Positions 13,230 through 24,100 of a stretch of 64,000 nucleotides of DNA are shown here, piece after piece. The stretch comes from Takakia lepidozioides. Its lineage: Eukaryota; Plantae; Bryophyta. The translations under genes were made by a program, and so were the position numbers. Under the pieces are notes generated by a model that searched no databases, was not told the origin of the DNA, and saw only the letters and a list, made by a program, of their open reading frames with translations. The stretch covers positions 23,374,001 through 23,438,000 of the forward strand of contig CM060734.1 of assembly GCA_030704615.1 (NCBI GenBank). The letters run 5' to 3'. Positions within the stretch are counted from its first letter, which is position 1, and each line of letters starts with the position of its first letter.

Positions 13230-13954
13230 TGTCGTGCACCCCACTTCGGTAAATTCCCCTTCAAGTCATAGTTACTCGCTTTGATGCCTGCGCCTGACTC
13301 CCAACCTGGCCGCCCGGGCCAACTTGGAGCTTTGGCTGCTCACCGGGACATAACGGTCCCCTTTTGCTTTCTAAAACCCTCCACCTAATTGGGACTAGGA
13401 GAATTCCCTTTGGTAGATGGCAGTCCGGAACAGCTCCCCACTCTTTGGTCGCTTTCCGGCTCGCTCGCTTACTCACTAGCTTTTGGTCACCAACGGGCTT
13501 GCACCGTTCTCGGGGTTACTACTCCCTTATATATACTTCTGTAGCTATCCGCGGGGGTTTCACAACCAGCCATGCCATTTTATGGCGAACCACCACGAAG
13601 ACCCTCGATTCCCGGTGGTGAGTCGCTGTGAGTCTTGGCCCGCTCACCACGGCCCCTATGGACCGTGATGAGTCCCAAGACTCCCCACGACTCCCACCAC
13701 GAGGTCTCCGCCCCCATGGTGAGTCCTATGCCACCCCCACTAAGTCCCACTAAGCTACCACCACCCCTTGTGGAGCCACCCCCACCGCAACCCGGTGTGC
13801 GGGGCTCCACCTAGTGAGCGCCTCCGCTTCCCTGAGTGCCTTGGGCACTCAAGGGTGCCTCAGCCCCCCATACCTATCGCTGCCGCTGCCCCCACCACAG
13901 GGGCAGCCCCTCATGTGTCCTGACCCCCTGCCCTCAAGGCAAAGGGCCGCGACA
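13230..13954 (-). repeat. 5' LTR of the inner chromovirus
   Basis: Matches 6994-7718. Confidence 0.95.
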
Positions 13955-15169
13955 TTACAAGTCTTGGCGACCACCGCCTGTACCAAGCGGCTAATAGAAT
14001 CTTCGGACAGCTCCGTGGCCGCCCGAGTCATATTCAATTGTTGGGGTTTTGTGCACTTCTTGGTCATGTGCCCGGGCTCCCCGCAATTAAAGCACACTCC
14101 ATCGAAGGTCACCTTCTGTCCGCCATAAGCCGCCGCACCTGATTTTTTTTTCGGAGCACCGGGTGCCGCCTTGACGTGTGAAGGCCCTCCCTTCGATTTT
14201 CACGTGCCATTATTGCCGCGTTGCCTATCCCACTTCTTTTTCGGTCGGAAAAAGTCACCCTCTCGCCGGGTCTTCTTGTGGTTCAGCTCCGTACGGCCTT
14301 GTCTTTCGCCCCTAGGGACATCCGAGAAACATTCAGCCCTCTCAATTACCTCGTTCAAAGTCTTAGGTGGCTTCTCCTCCAACTTCCGCCTCACCCACGG
14401 GGCCAGTCCCGCCACAAAGTTGTGGACCATGTCTGGTTCTGCCATGTCCGCGACTTCGAGCAACAGCACATTGAAAGCCTGAACATATCCCTGAATGTCA
14501 TCCGTTTGCTTCAAATTCCTCATCTTGTCTCGGGCAAGCCAGGACGCGTTGACGGGCACAAACTGTCTTTTCATAAGTTCCTTGAACCCACTCCAGTTCA
14601 AGGTTTCCGGGTTTGGTCCTTGGTGGTAAAGGTGTTTCTGCCACCATTTTTTAGCATAACCCCTCAAATAGGTGGGAGCCACTTCCACCCGATCCTCGTC
14701 ACTCAACTTGGCCGCCCGGAAGTACTCCTCTAGCTCCAAGAGCCAGGTGTTGAGTGCTTTCTGATTTTGGACGCCCTCAAAGGTGCCAAGTTCCTTAGGC
14801 TTCACCTTAAACTTTGCCTGAGTGGAAGTGGCATTAGCCGCCTTCAACACGTCTTTCAACGTCCCGCCAAATTGTGCCAACAACCCTTCCCAAAAGGCTG
14901 CTGGCATGGGAGGCATCGGTTGGTCTGTCGGAGCCCTCAGGAATTCCTCGGGCTCCAACTCCCCAGATTCCTCCCGTTCTTGAGTGGCCTCACTTTCAAA
15001 AGCATGCATCGCTTCCTCAAATGGCCGCTTCGGTGACACGTCGCTCCCATTGGGCTCACTAGGATCATCATCTTTCGAGCCGTTCCGCTTTCGTTTTGGC
15101 TTGCCCAACCCCATGATGAGGCCGATCTCAAGGACGATCGCGTACTGAACTCTAAGCTCTTATACCAAG

Positions 15170-15885
15170 TGTCGCGCACCTCACTTCGGTAAGCTCCCCT
15201 TCACGTCATAGTTACTCGCTCTCGATGCGCGCGCCTGACTCCCAAACTGGCCGCCGGGCCAACTCGGAGCTTTGGCTGCTCACCGGGACATAACGGCCCC
15301 CCTTTACTCCTCCACGAGACCCTCCCTCAATTTGGGCCAAGTGGAAATTCCCTTTGGTCGATGGCAGTCCGGAATAGCTCCCCATACCTTGGTCGCTTTT
15401 CGGCTCGCACGCTTACTCACTAGTTTTTGGTCACCAACGGGCTTGCACCATTCTCGGGGTTACTACTCTCTATATATACTTCTGTGACTGTCCGCGGGGG
15501 TTTCACAAACAACAACATCCTTTTATGGTGAACCACCACAAAAACCCACGACTCCCGGTGATGAGTCGCGGTGAGTCTTGGCCCACCCACCACGGTCCCA
15601 TTGGACCGTGATAAGTCCCAAGACTCCCCACGACTCCCACCACAAGGTCTCCGCCCCCATGGTGAGTCCTATGCCACCCCTACTAAGCTACCACCACCCC
15701 TCGTGGAACCACCCCCACCGCAACCCGGTGTGCGGGGATCCACCTAGTGAGCGCCTCCACCTCCTTGAGTGCCTTGGGCACTCAAGGGTGCTTCAGCCCC
15801 CGCATCTATTGTTGCCACTGCCCCCACCACAGGGGCAGCCCCTCTCGTGTCCCGATCCCCTGCCCTCAAGGCAAAGGCCGCGACA
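15170..15885 (-). repeat. 5' LTR of the outer chromovirus
   Basis: Same LTR family, more diverged, next to a PBS and gag. Confidence 0.92.
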
Positions 15886-18620
15886 GGGGCTAGCTTCGAG
15901 TTGGCGTTTGTTGGTGATGATGGCTGTGAGGGAGCGGAGTGCTGTAAGATGGATTGCTTTGAAACATTGATGGATTGAGATAATTGGTATTTTGAAGTTA
16001 TCATGCTGATCATTAATACTGGCGTTATGTATGTCGCCCCGGGTTCCGGCAGTGATGACTGTGAGCGGGCCAGTCTTCCAACCCTGCCTACGAATTGCAA
16101 GAATGAGTGGGGCGTATTTTTGCCGTTTTTCCAAGATTGAGTCATGAGGGTATCGATCATGGCAGAATGTAAACTCGATGAAAAGGATGGTGAGCTGCGG
16201 GGATGGTGAAGTAGGTGGCGAGGCTTGAACGGGCAGCCCTTGGATAATGAGTATGTTCGGGCAGAGCCGGGCGGGGCATGAGCAGGGTACTCGGGTGCAC
16301 GTGCATGGTATGAGCCATGGTGGTAAAGTATGGTCTGGTGGCCTCCCTTGGAAAGTACCGGCGTTAGTGAGGGTGAACCATCGGGTTTCGACACGCTTTG
16401 TGAATAGTTTGTAGAGATGCCAGACTGCTTGGTTGTGTCGGCTGATATGAAGACCATAGATGACCAGATGCGTGCATTGGCTAAGGAGGTGCGGCCAGGT
16501 ATCATGTGCATTGTGAGTTGTGGAGCACAGTGGGCAGTAAGGTGATGGAAAACGATGTGGCCAAAAAATGTGTTTGCGTTGGTGACCCATGTATTGGGCG
16601 TATCTGAATTTAAGTGTCTGGCGGATTTGTGCATCAGTGGTAGCTTTGGTTTGCCAGAAGTGGTTCGAGAGTTTGTGATGTAATACCTCGGATTGGGTCC
16701 ATTTTTGAATATGCACTTTGGTATGACTGATAGAGGCTGCGGCCTGTTCGTTTGCTTCTCGGGTGACGGTGGCCAAGAGATTGCGTGTGGGTCGTGGTGC
16801 GGTCAGGTTTGGAACTGGGTGTATAAACCAAAAGGGGTAGGAGTGGGCAATGTGGATAGGGTTGTTTGTGTGGTTAACTTTGAGTTTGGTGGCACCGAGC
16901 TGAGCAAGGAGGTCGGCCTCCTCATTCCCTTGAATGCCAGTGTGCGAGCGTACTTTGAGTAGGTGTACTGGGTGCTTTATAGAGACGGCCACATTGACGA
17001 TGGCTGAGATGAGGTTGCGGTCAAGATGATGGTGGTGGGAGGAGGGGCGGGCAATGTGATTGCGGATGAGGAATAAGGAGGTAAGGCTATCAGTGAAGAT
17101 GAAGTGTGTGGGGGGGGGGAAGGTATCGAGTAGGAGGAGAGCGTCGTATATGGCCATAAGCTCGACTCTGAGAATAGTTGCAGGGCCAGGGAGCCTGAGG
17201 GCCACCCCTCTTCCTGTACCTACGTGATAGATACCGTAGCCTGCATTAGTTTGAGTAAGGGATCCGTCAGTGTAATGGGAGTTTGCAGGGGGGTATTTGA
17301 GGGGATAGGATTGCTGATAGGATGGAGGAATGGGGGGGGGGGGGGGGGGGGGGGGCTTGTTGGTGTTGGTGTGGCTTGTGGGGAACGTTGCAGTGCCTCG
17401 ATCCAAGCTTTATTTGTTTTAATTCGGGGGAGGGGAGTAGGTATATTGGTACAATGGGGGATAGGTGGGTGGTGGATGATGGCCTTTATTTTATGAGTAA
17501 CGGTTAGTAGATGTTCTAGTTTCTGATAGAAGGTTGTGGGTATGTCAACGTAGTGGGGGTTTTGGACGTGCATGATGCGGATTAGGGTGGGTTCTTTTTA
17601 CTAAGGTATTTGGGGAAAGGGGGGGTATGGGTATATTTAAGCTGGTTTGGGTCAATTGTGGCTATTAGCTTGACCTCCGTAGGGAGGTGTAGAAGTGGGT
17701 GGGAGGTGGTAGGTGTGCTTTGATATGTGAGGATGAGGACGGTTGAAGCATAAGAAGAAGAATGTGCAGCAAATTTGGCCCTTCATGGGTGAGAGGTCCA
17801 GGTGGGGGGTGAGCGAGACCACGGCCTTCACAGGTATGCTGGGTAGCATTACCAGAGGCCCCGAAGATGCAGTCTCTATGATGCGGGCTAGCAAAGGTGT
17901 CGAGTTCCATAGGGCAGGTTAGTGGGTTGGAGTAGTATGAATGAGTGATCTGAAATGTTTGGATAAGTAAGGTGAGAATATCTTGGGGAATAGTATGATG
18001 TACGCTTGCCGTTTCTAGTCACGCAAGGGGACGTGGTTTTTTAGGTGGAGTGTCTTTGAGATAGCGGTCGATAAGCCAATATACTTCTGTGGCAAAATCT
18101 TGTTGAGGTGGAAGTAGCTCATGTGAATATGTCTTTGGGGCAGAATACTTGCTCCATAGCCATGTTAATTTATTGGTGGGGATAAGCCCTATGTGACGGC
18201 CGTTTTGTGCATATATACTAGAAAGGCGAGGTCCCATGCGGATTAGAGGTTGGGCATGTTGGATATCTTTGTCCGGGTTGCATTCAGCTATGCATATGTG
18301 TATGTTGGGGGTCGAGATCGGTTTATGAATTATCTATTGTCTATATGCTGAATGGGGGTGGCATGTTGTTGGTGAATATGTGTTTGGTAGTCAATGTTAA
18401 TGGTTTTGTAGAACGTGGTGAGAAGGGTGAGATTGTGGTCGGGGTCACATTCATCATGTGGGCCAAATATATCATCTTTTATTTGCCATGTATTGTCTTC
18501 ATCAGGGTAGCCAGCACACTTGCAATGGTAGTACGTGTCAACACAAGTGGCCCCAAAGGCGTCAATTGATGTTTGGGTTTTTATACCTAATATGGCTTCA
18601 ATGACGTAGGCATCTGGATT
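15886..18620 (-). mobile_element. 3' part of a Dualen/RandI-like non-LTR retrotransposon: chromodomain, PCIF1-like MTase-like segment, RNase H, CCHC finger, restriction-like endonuclease
   Basis: RNase H YTDGS...VELMAI...FTDSL...KVRSHTGIQGNEEAD; CPLC...HLLSQC; PNILII...FIEFTFC...KRQKY...TAGTRG; chromodomain-like ORF 18330-18626. Confidence 0.8.
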
Positions 18621-20097
18621 GTTCATCTTCCCACTACCACTCTTGGTCCACCTTGGTCAGCTTGGTTAGAGCCTTTGCAATAGCACTAAACCCCTTCACA
18701 AACAGTCGATAGTAGTTTGCCAACCCCATGAAAGCTCGAACTCAGCTCACATCCGTGGGGCGTGGAATCTGTGCAATGCCCTTTACCTTAGTCTGCTATA
18801 CCCCCAGTCCTCCAAGATATATCATGTGACCCAGATATTCAATCTGGTTTTGGAAAAACTTGCACTTTCCCGGATGTAACTTCAATCCGTGCGCTCTCAA
18901 GCGCTCAAAAACCACCTGAAGGTGTCTCTCATGCTTCTCCACTGTAGCACTGAAGATGATGACGTCATCTATGTAGCATCGAGCAAACTCCACCCCTACC
19001 AGAAACCTATCCATAACCCTCTGGAACTCTGTAGGAGCGTTCTTCAACCTGAATGGTAAGAATCGCCACCGATATAGACAATCTTTGCCGTGCTCATTGA
19101 TCCCCCAGAATGTCGTCTTCTGCTTATCCGCCCTTTGATCGGCAATTGGTGATATCCGGATCGCAAATCCAAAGTGCTAAAGACCTTGGCATGCCCAATG
19201 ACATCAAAGATCTCCTCCGGCGTTGGCATGGCATACCTATCGGACTTGGTCTGACGATTTATAGGCCGGTAATCCCTGCACATACGTCTCTCCGTCCAAT
19301 TGCCATAGACATCCTTCTTGGCTGACATCACTGTGGCTGAAGCATACTCTCCACCAGATAGCTCCACCAAACCAGCCTCCCAAAGGTCCTGAGTCCTCAT
19401 CTGAATCAAGGACCTCTCAATGTCACTGTATCTATAGGGTCTCCGAAAGATTGGCGTGTCAGTGGCCAACTCAATGCAAATTTCCTAACCCTTCAGTGCT
19501 CCCAAGTCCTTCAAACTGAAAGCAAAGCAGTTCCTGTAAGCCCTCAAGAACCGTTGTATACGTTGTCTCTCTTCTCCACTGACTATGGGTCCAACATCCA
19601 CTCCCAATTGTCCTCCGTGACTGCAACCTTAAGTCCAGCAAGCTTAGAGGTAGAAGACGCGTCGTCCCGTGGTTGCTATGCTGCAACCTCTTGAGCAAGA
19701 CTCCCTGCCTGCTCTGTCAGTGACAAGGCCTCATCCTGCCCTATCATCCCTTCCTTGAGGACTTCCTCAACCCGAGAAAAATCCCCAACATCATCCATCA
19801 CTGCCACCTTGGCTGCCAACTCCCTCTTAACCTCGAGCACTTCCCAGTGTGTCATGGATGCCTGCACCCCGTGGTCCTCAGCTGCTCACCCCCACTCGCT
19901 GCCTGTACCATCTCGGTAGGCAGAGAGACCATCAAGGAAAGTGTACTCCGCACTCTGCGCTGCTCAGCCATAGCCAAGCTAATAATCCAGGTCAAGCAAT
20001 TGAGATCCATTGCTTGCCCCAATACCTGACGACGTGATGCCTCAGAAAGAGATGGCACCGCCGTGGTACCAGTGGCAAAACCCATCGCCCGGACTCT
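18620..20097 (-). mobile_element. Gypsy fragment: C5-DNA methyltransferase C-terminus followed by RT and connection domain
   Basis: RAMGFATGTT...RRQVLGQAMDLNCLTWI (C5-MTase motifs IX/X), then PYRYS...DYRPIN...LDLRSGYHQ...NAPTEFQR...YIDD. Confidence 0.8.
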
Positions 20098-20369
20098 TAT
20101 TGTAACGAATGATTGTGTTGTATTTCGTGTTTTTGTGTCATCAGACAGTGTGAGTTTGGTTTTCATATCGATTGTGGCAGACTACTTCATTGTGCATATA
20201 TGTGTGGTGTGGTTTGGACAGCGATGTAGTTGTGTAACGATACGTATGCGCACGACACATAAAATACATTAGAGAGGAGCCTAAAGATAGTGAAAATCTC
20301 TTTTCTTTTGCAGCACGTTTTCCACAAGTGCCAGAGGACGGATCCTCTAAGGGTCTAAAAAACAGGGCA

Positions 20370-20610
20370 GGTCAGAGATCTTCTTTTAGCGTTCTGATCA
20401 TAGTTGAGAAGAATATCCAAGGAAGGGAGCTGTTTGTGATCCCAATGCTGGTAGAATAGTTTGACCAGGGGCCGTACTCTGGCGCGACCTGGCAAAAAAG
20501 GAGGCAGTGCTCAATAGATTCCAAGATACCTGCTGCACAGCAACCACAGAAGATAGCATCATGGAATTGTAACCACTCACCCACTTTCAATACTCTATTA
20601 CTCATAGAAA
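20370..20610 (-). mobile_element. L1-type LINE 3' remnant (zf-RVT)
   Basis: CGCC...ESIEHCLLFC..A motif. Confidence 0.55.
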
Positions 20611-21156
20611 TGCTGCAATCTTTGCCGGGCGAGTCACGTTTTTAATTTTGTTTTTTAAATTTTGAGGCCACTGTCCCTCTTCTAAAAAAAATAAAAAAAT
20701 CCGACGTAGGTAGACCTAATATGCAAAAACACGAGACATGAGGGGACAATTGAGGGGACAAGAGAGGGGGCACCTGGGTTGGGGGGGGAGCGCCGAAGAA
20801 GCTGTGCAGCAGCCATGGCACTGCAGCTTACCTGCCTCGCCATCCGCTCTCCGTCTGTCTGCTCTACTGCTGCTCGGACTGCAATGGAAGGTTGTGGCTG
20901 CTGATCTCGATCTGACTGGGAGAAGCTTTAGTTTTGTGGAATTTAGGGGTAAGTTAGGGAGAGGAAACGGAGAGGACAAGAATGTGGGGTGAGGGGGAGG
21001 TAGGGAGAGGGGAATGAGGAGAAGCGCCGGGCTGAGGAAGGGCCGCAGGCAGCAGTAGTGGCAGAAGGAAGATGAGTGGCATTCAAATGAGGCAGGGTTG
21101 ACACCAGAGAGGTTAAAAGCACGGAAATTGGCGAGAAGGTGGGGCGGGGGCCAGGC

Positions 21157-24100
21157 ATGGCGGCTGCGGACGCGCCCTCCCCTGCTCCGCTTCCTCCCTC
21201 CCCCCTCGCTCCTGCAGCCACGCCCTCGTCGCCCTCCGAGATTCCGTCATCTTCGTCAACAAAGAGTGGGATCAGCAACGGTGACAATAAGGGCCGGCCG
21301 GTGAGCGCAGGGACGCGGCTGAAGGGGGCGTGGTCTCATGTGGTACGGGGTCAAGTGGCTCCCGAGGCACAGGCTCATTTGTCGGCCAATGGTCCCTCGT
21401 CCTCTACCACCCACACTCCGCCTCTTCCTGCATCCACCTCCAATCCTGACAGCCTTTCGACCAAGCGTCCAAGTCAAGGACAATCTGGTCAGCCGGCGGC
21501 GGAGCATCCCTCACCATCACTGTCGGGGCCATTAGGGTCGTTTTCATCAGCAGGCACGAAGAAGAGACCGGATAGTACTCAGTCAGAGGTGGTAAAGCAA
21601 TCAAACTCTGTTACCACGAAAGTAGAGCAAGGGAGAGAGGAGGGGCACTGTAACCCCCACGGCGAGTGGCACTACTGTGGCAGCGACAGACGAAGTTTTG
21701 AAGCCTGCAAAACCTGCATGGAGAAAACCGAGCAGCAGTGCCGGCAAGGTGCCCGCCATTGGTCCTGTGATGGGAGCAGTATCGTGGCCAGCATTGGCCG
21801 ATGCACGAAGATCCAAGGCTACCTCTGAGCCCTCCAAACCGGCTGCTCCTTCTGTTCCTCCTGACAGTGGACCCTCCGAGCAGGTTTTCCCTCTGAGATT
21901 TTACTTGTTGCTACAGGACATACCAAATTTATTTGATGTACCAGAGAATGTATTTTCTGCTTTCAGTCTTACGGACGGCTGTAGTTTGTGAGAGCGGTTG
22001 TCTTTCGTCGAGCACCTGAGAGCCTGGCAGCCACACTGAAGTAAACTGAATTTTATTTTGTGTCTATTTTAGAAGCCCCTTTCTTATCCAAGGGGCAGGT
22101 TACAGTTTGTGATGAAGTCTGTAATCAAACTGAGATGTGGGATATTCAGATGCCCTTAGTCTATCCTCTTACGTTTTTCAAGCAAGGTGGGACACCTGAC
22201 AATATGGCTTGCCTAATGTTGGAGCGATCTTAGGTCTGTGGTACATTCCCATTTTGCTTGGGCCAAAGTGTCTTCTTTTCATGGATTTACATGTTTACCT
22301 GATATTCCTCAGACTGGACACACAAAACCACCACCAAAGAAAATAAAGGCATTTGTACTTGGGTTGCAGGGCTGGCACTGACATTGAAGTAGTTAGAAGC
22401 CAGTATTATATTATGGCCCGTTTATTCTGTGAGTTTTTGGTCTACAGGAGAAAACCCTGATGTGAGAATGGGTGTATGGTTTTGGAGACAGACGGTGTCT
22501 GGGTGGCCAAGGGCAGGTAGCAGTAGCAATATCAACCATGTGGCACCTTCAGGAAACAAGCAGCAGGTGATTAAAAGGAGCCCAAGCCCCTCTGTGAATT
22601 GTACAGCGGTGCCAGTCCCTGTCACAGTTTCTGCTCCACCAGAAGTTGCAACAGCAGGGGAAGACCTGCGTGGAATTGATCATGCACCCACTCAACCGGC
22701 CCCTAAAAGTAGCAGTGAGGGGACCACAAAGCAGAATACTGCTAGTGTTGGGGGCAATGACCGGAGTCGGCCTTATCACAACAGAGGAGCTGGGAACTTC
22801 GCCGGTAACTCTGGGAACCGCCGCAGCTTCCGAGATCAAAGGGGTGGCAACAATCACGGGTGGCACCAGCATCGGCCATTTGGAAATAATAACAATGGTG
22901 GAAGAGACAATAACACTCCTGGTGTGCAGCACCGCAATGGTCCCAGGAACTTCGGGAGCCGTAACAATTTCATAAATAATCCCTCGGGCTTCATCAATCC
23001 TGCAGGTGTGTCATCTGTTGAAATTGAATATTGTTTCTTTTTTGGCTGGCAGAACAACGAAAGTACACTACATGGGTAAGAGGTGAAAGTTGATGGATTA
23101 TCTCACAGATTCTTCTTCATGGTTTCTACTGGCAGTGGGGGCTTCAAACAAAGGAAGAGCCTTGCCTTGATAGGCTGTCAGGGCTTAAAACCCTCAGGTT
23201 GGTTCAGGGGTTTCACATCATGTAACACACACAGGGAACCATTCTGGAGGACAAATGATGGCAAAGTCTCAAGCGTTGGATGGAGTGCTGACAGTTTCTA
23301 CAGAAAAGCTCCTATCTATGCTCACCTACAACGTCTGCATGTTAACGTGCTCCTCTCTCAGCATGCAAGCCTAGCAGCACTTTCATTAGTTGGGTCTTGT
23401 GCATGGGTATGGAAAATAATTGGGTATTTGGACTCTGCTGCTGCTACTGAATGTGGAAGCAGGTGGCAAACATGTCAACCACTCATGAGTATTGAGTAAT
23501 GGTTCTTGGCAGTGTGCATGGTGGCTGGTTAGCAGGTCTAGTGACTACAGGTGTCTGTTTTGCTAGGCTTTTGTCATGTTTTTCCTAAGGTTCACATTTT
23601 CTGAAGCGTTTGTGTGTTGACCTGAATCGCCTCCCATTTAACCGCTTTTGGGTAGGGATTTTTATAACATGCTCGGATGTATGAAGCCTTGATTAGCAAG
23701 GGGTAATGATCGTACAGGAAATATGTACTATGTGCCAGCTAGCACCGCAAGTGCTTTACGCAGATATTTCCCACCTGGAGTAGCGCCGGCAGTGTTGCCT
23801 GACACAGGCACAACATTAAGAGTGATGTTGGTGAAGCAAATTGAATACTATTTCAGGCAAGTGCTTTTTTATGTTGTGGGATTAAGTGCGTTAGAGTGTT
23901 TCCCGTAGTTGCTGGAGACAGAGATCCTGCATCCGATTATTTGCAAAAACTGGGTTGCCTAGGCTGGCTCTGGCCGATGTAAACATCACATCTTGGTATT
24001 ATAGGAGTCCAGGAACTTGGAATGGATAGGCTGCCAAAATGTAAAGTGCCTTCACAAGCTGGATGTATACTCACTGCCAGACAGACGTCACTCATTCATT

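Larger units (their letters stand above)
6994..13954 (-). mobile_element. Full-length Ty3/Gypsy chromovirus (Galadriel-like)
   Basis: Two near-identical 725-bp TG...CA LTRs, 5-bp TSD TTACA (6989-6993 and 13955-13959), tRNA-iMet PBS, PPT, gag-PR-RT-RH-INT-chromodomain order. Confidence 0.97.
3861..15885 (-). mobile_element. Older chromovirus copy, split by a nested same-family insertion; 3' LTR not seen (sequence runs into the gap)
   Basis: 5' LTR 15170-15885, mutated PBS (tggtataagagc), gag 13955-15114, PR/RT/RH/INT 4402-6993 with many frameshifts, and a ~1-kb deletion at ~4401 that removes the INT C-terminus and chromodomain. Confidence 0.9.

Noticed and set aside
15793-15885. C-terminal CRGLCLEGRG...CGG of the 537-aa ORF as a Cys-rich domain
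   Set aside because: Read-through into the inserted LTR.
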